The notes beneath the pieces are model-generated. The model was not told where the DNA came from and made no database searches. It saw only the letters and a list, made by a program, of their open reading frames with translations. From Candidatus Blochmanniella floridana (GTDB lineage Bacteria > Pseudomonadota > Gammaproteobacteria > Enterobacterales > Enterobacteriaceae), in assembly GCA_000043285.1 (NCBI GenBank), contig BX248583.1:450001-482000 (forward strand): 32,000 nucleotides of DNA, read 5' to 3'. The translations under genes were made by a program, and so were the position numbers. Below are positions 28,172-32,000 of the stretch, in pieces. The number at the start of each line of letters is the position of its first letter. Within the stretch, counting starts at the first letter, position 1.

Positions 28172-30049
28172 ATGAAAATAATATGGAATGTTTTCTGTAA
28201 AATATTCAAATATGGTATTAATATTTTAAATTTAATACGAATAACGATATCAAATATAATTTTATTAATTTTAATAATTATTGGAATTACAACATATATT
28301 AATATTCAACATAATAAACAAATCATTCATCCTTCTGCCTTAGTATTGAATATTAAAGGAATAATTGTAGATAAACCAACTACATGTACAAAATTTCAAC
28401 AAATTAGTAAACATTTTTTAAACATAAACCAATCTGACATACAAGAAAACTCATTGTTTTATATCGTAAATATCTTACGTCAAGCAAAAAATGATCCAAA
28501 CATCACCGGATTAATTTTATCCCTAAAAAATTTTTCTGGAGGAAATCAATCATCATTAGAATATATTGGAAAAACTCTATTAGAATTTAAAAAATCTGGA
28601 AAACTAATTTATGCTATTTCTGACAACTACAATCAATCACAATATTTTCTAGCAAGTTATGCAAATAAAATTTATCTTACACCACAAGGTAGTGTAGATC
28701 TTAGAGGAATCTCTACTAGTAAATTATATTATCAATCACTATTAAAAAATCTAAAAATTAATACTCATGTTTTTAGAGTAGGAGCATATAAATCTGCAGT
28801 TGAACCATTTATTCGTAATAATATGTCTAGTCAAGTACGTCATGAAGAAAATATATGGATTAATCAACTATGGGATCAATATTTAAATATTATTTCCTGT
28901 AATCGTAATATCACTAAACAACAAATCTTCCCAGGAATCAATACTATTTTTAACGAATTATATAATATGAACGGTGATACTGCCAATTACGCATACCACA
29001 AAAAATGGATAGATAAAGTAGAATCACGTTTTGATATAGAAAACGAAATGAAAAAAATATTCGGTAAAAACAAAAAAAACAATTCATTTAACGCAATTAG
29101 CATGTATGATTATAAACTACAAGAATCTAATAAGCAGCAACACGATAATAACCAAATCGCTATTATTTGCATTCAGGGAACCATCATAGATGGAGTTAAC
29201 AGTAATAATATTTCTGGATCTGTTGGAGGAGATACTATAGCTTATCAGATTCGTAATGCACGATTTGATCCAAAAATTCAATCCATAATACTACGCATCA
29301 ATAGCCCCGGTGGTAGTGTTCACGCATCAGAATTAATTAGACAAGAAATAATAGCTACGCGTAATTCTGGTAAACCAGTAATCGTTTCTATGGGAAATAT
29401 AGCAGCATCGGGTGGTTATTGGATAGCAACTCCTGCAAATTTTATTATTGCAAGCAATAGCACAATTACAGGATCAATAGGAGTATTTGGAATCATTAAC
29501 ACATTAGAAGAATCTCTCGACGCTATTGGAGTACATAATGATGAAGTAAGCACATCTCCTATAGCAAATCTCTCCGTTGCGAAAGCATTGCCTGTTGAAT
29601 TTAAAAATATCATGCAACTTTATGTTGATACTAGTTACCAGTATTTTATTAAAACTGTAGCTAAATTTCGTTGTAAAACTATTGCAGACTTGGATCAAAT
29701 TGCTCAAGGACATATCTGGACAGGATCCGATGCAATAAAACATGGATTAATAGATAAAATTGGAGATTTCGACGATGCAATCTCTAAGGCCGTTGAATTA
29801 GCTCATTTAACACAATATCAATTGAATTGGTATGAAGACACAGCCAATTGGATAGATGTTTTAATACAACAAATGAATAGAATATTTTATTCCACTACTA
29901 TCAAAAAAACATATAATCATATTCTATTCTTAAATATTAATGAATTCGCTAAAATTCATTACAACAATAACAGTAATCCTTTTAGTTGTATTTGGAATGA
30001 TCCCAAACATTGTTATGCCTTATGTACTGATTATGTACAATACAATTAA
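28172..30049 (+). CDS. sppA: Signal peptide peptidase A (protease IV)
   Basis: MKIIWNVFCKIFKYGINILNLIR... aligns with E. coli SppA MRTLWRFIAGFFKWTWRLLNFVR. The catalytic regions FRVGAYKSAVEPF (Lys) and MGNIAASGGYW (Ser) are retained. The track start at 28133 (TTG) lies inside the hairpin arm and is probably not used. Confidence 0.93.
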   Translation: MKIIWNVFCKIFKYGINILNLIRITISNIILLILIIIGITTYINIQHNKQIIHPSALVLNIKGIIVDKPTTCTKFQQISKHFLNINQSDIQENSLFYIVNILRQAKNDPNITGLILSLKNFSGGNQSSLEYIGKTLLEFKKSGKLIYAISDNYNQSQYFLASYANKIYLTPQGSVDLRGISTSKLYYQSLLKNLKINTHVFRVGAYKSAVEPFIRNNMSSQVRHEENIWINQLWDQYLNIISCNRNITKQQIFPGINTIFNELYNMNGDTANYAYHKKWIDKVESRFDIENEMKKIFGKNKKNNSFNAISMYDYKLQESNKQQHDNNQIAIICIQGTIIDGVNSNNISGSVGGDTIAYQIRNARFDPKIQSIILRINSPGGSVHASELIRQEIIATRNSGKPVIVSMGNIAASGGYWIATPANFIIASNSTITGSIGVFGIINTLEESLDAIGVHNDEVSTSPIANLSVAKALPVEFKNIMQLYVDTSYQYFIKTVAKFRCKTIADLDQIAQGHIWTGSDAIKHGLIDKIGDFDDAISKAVELAHLTQYQLNWYEDTANWIDVLIQQMNRIFYSTTIKKTYNHILFLNINEFAKIHYNNNSNPFSCIWNDPKHCYALCTDYVQYN

Positions 30050-30363
30050 ACTATAAATATTAATGTACATTATATAGATAATTATTGTTATTAAAATTAT
30101 TCCATAAAAAATATTAATAATTATATTACCTTATCAATTTAATTCCATTGATATAAATATTCTATACTTTGTATGTACGTAACAAAATATTATCTAAACC
30201 CAGTATATTACATATAATATATAAACTTTAAACTGTATACTACTACTTATTTAAGATAAAAAATCAAATATATTATTATTAAAATAATTTACATAAATTA
30301 TATAATATAAAATTTTACAAAATACTAAAAAATTTGATATTATATACAATTACTTATATTTAA

Positions 30364-31437
<1,074 letters not shown>

Positions 31438-31537
31438 TTTATATAATCTGTAAGATATTTAATCTATTGACTAAATAATTTCATACTTCATAAAATTAAT
31501 TATTATTCAAAATTTTACTTAAAATAAGTATTATCAA

Positions 31538-31579
31538 AAAATAATATTAAAAGCATTAAAATGCTTTTAATATTATTTT
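31538..31579 (+). terminator. Rho-independent terminator downstream of gapA (20-bp perfect stem, A-run/T-run flanks built into the stem)
   Basis: AAATAATATTAAAAGCATT-aa-AATGCTTTTAATATTATTT with outer A/T pairs (31538-31557 pairs with 31560-31579). It lies 100 nt after the gapA stop and upstream of dsbB. Confidence 0.65.
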
Positions 31580-31717
31580 ATATTTATCCAAAAATTAAGT
31601 TTCATTACAAAATTAAAATTAATATCACATTCATCACATCCTCTTACATAAACGCTATAATTAAACAAAACTATAACCGAACCTATATTTAGTATTCATT
31701 ACCTGTAAAAAACTATT

Positions 31718-32000
31718 ATGTTACATATATTTTATATTTATTCTAAATCTAGAAAATTTTGGGCAATTTTAATATGTAGTTCTATAAGCTTAATCAGCAT
31801 AGCATTATTAAATCAATTTTTTTTTCTACTAAAACCTTGTATACTATGCATATATCAACGATGCAGCTTATTTGGTATAACAATTGCCGGATTAATAGCT
31901 CTAATTTCTCCTAAAACTACATTACTTAGATTATTTAGTATATTTATATGGCTATACAGTGCAATTAAAGGACTATATTTTTCTAACATACACATGCAAA
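31718..32000 (+). CDS. dsbB: Disulfide bond formation protein B, 5' part (runs off the right edge)
   Basis: Hand translation from ATG 31718 gives MLHIFYIYSKSRKFWAILICSSISLISIALLNQFFFLLKPCILCIYQRCSLFGITIAGLIALISPKTTLLRLFSIFIWLYSAIKG... This matches E. coli DsbB (..[49 protein letters not shown]..), including the CxxC. Absent from the track because it is truncated. Confidence 0.85.
   Translation, partial: MLHIFYIYSKSRKFWAILICSSISLISIALLNQFFFLLKPCILCIYQRCSLFGITIAGLIALISPKTTLLRLFSIFIWLYSAIKGLYFSNIHMQ

Noticed and set aside
2361-29743. Twelve short track ORFs lying antisense inside annotated genes: 2361-2570, 3878-4135, 5947-6171, 11186-11389, 15717-15908, 18762-19046, 21131-21331, 24085-24384, 24460-24648, 27334-27525, 29416-29613 and 29504-29743.
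   Set aside because: Each is fully embedded opposite a well-conserved gene. Each has a low-complexity, hydrophobic, F/I/L/K-rich translation with no recognisable motif and no SD. These are the expected chance ORFs on the complement of AT-rich coding sequence.
31584-31592. A DnaA-box-like 9-mer, TTATCCAAA, downstream of gapA.
   Set aside because: It is a single 8/9 match with no cluster of boxes and no AT-rich 13-mer array. The gene context (gapA/dsbB) is not an origin region.

Overview
This window is extremely A+T-rich: roughly a quarter G+C or less by eye, and far lower in the spacers. Its genes are all orthologues of E. coli housekeeping genes, arranged in blocks collinear with the E. coli K-12 map and separated by long, featureless AT spacers. 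That pattern points to a reduced genome of an obligate Enterobacterales-derived insect endosymbiont (Blochmannia/Buchnera/Wigglesworthia type). Retained envelope genes plus a complete chromosomal trp operon fit a Blochmannia-like organism best, but I cannot verify this without a database search.

Contents, left to right:
- rluC (partial), rne, lpxL
- a frameshifted L,D-transpeptidase gene
- tRNA-Leu(UAA), tRNA-Cys(GCA), pgsA, tRNA-Lys(CUU), tRNA-Ser(UGA)
- tusE, hspQ, fabA, asnS, aspC, gloC/ycbL, fabI, ribA
- the whole trpE-G-D-C(F)-B-A operon
- tonB, clsA, tdk
- a heavily eroded hns relic
- xthA, sppA, gapA, dsbB (partial)

I see no mobile elements, CRISPR arrays, prophage, toxin or defence genes. 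The standard genetic code is used (TGA serves as a stop).

I do not find a convincing novel multi-gene system. Every ORF of 100 aa or more has a clear E. coli orthologue, and the remaining track ORFs are antisense artefacts of AT-rich DNA.

The features most worth a second look are signs of genome decay and adaptation:
1. An L,D-transpeptidase gene is broken by a single frameshift exactly in an A10 tract, with its downstream half still fully open. It is a candidate for rescue by transcriptional slippage.
2. A previously unannotated hns pseudogene lies next to tdk in the ancestral position.
3. A perfect 35-bp inverted repeat sits 16 nt upstream of sppA, and a perfect 31-bp-arm bidirectional terminator sits between aspC and gloC.
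4. RNase E has a stop-free, almost G-free, lysine-rich replacement of its C-terminal scaffold.
5. A lysT-like tRNA carries a CUU anticodon.
6. None of the tRNA genes encodes the 3' CCA, and glyW is missing from the pgsA tRNA cluster.
7. tonB keeps its functional motifs but has lost its proline-rich spacer.
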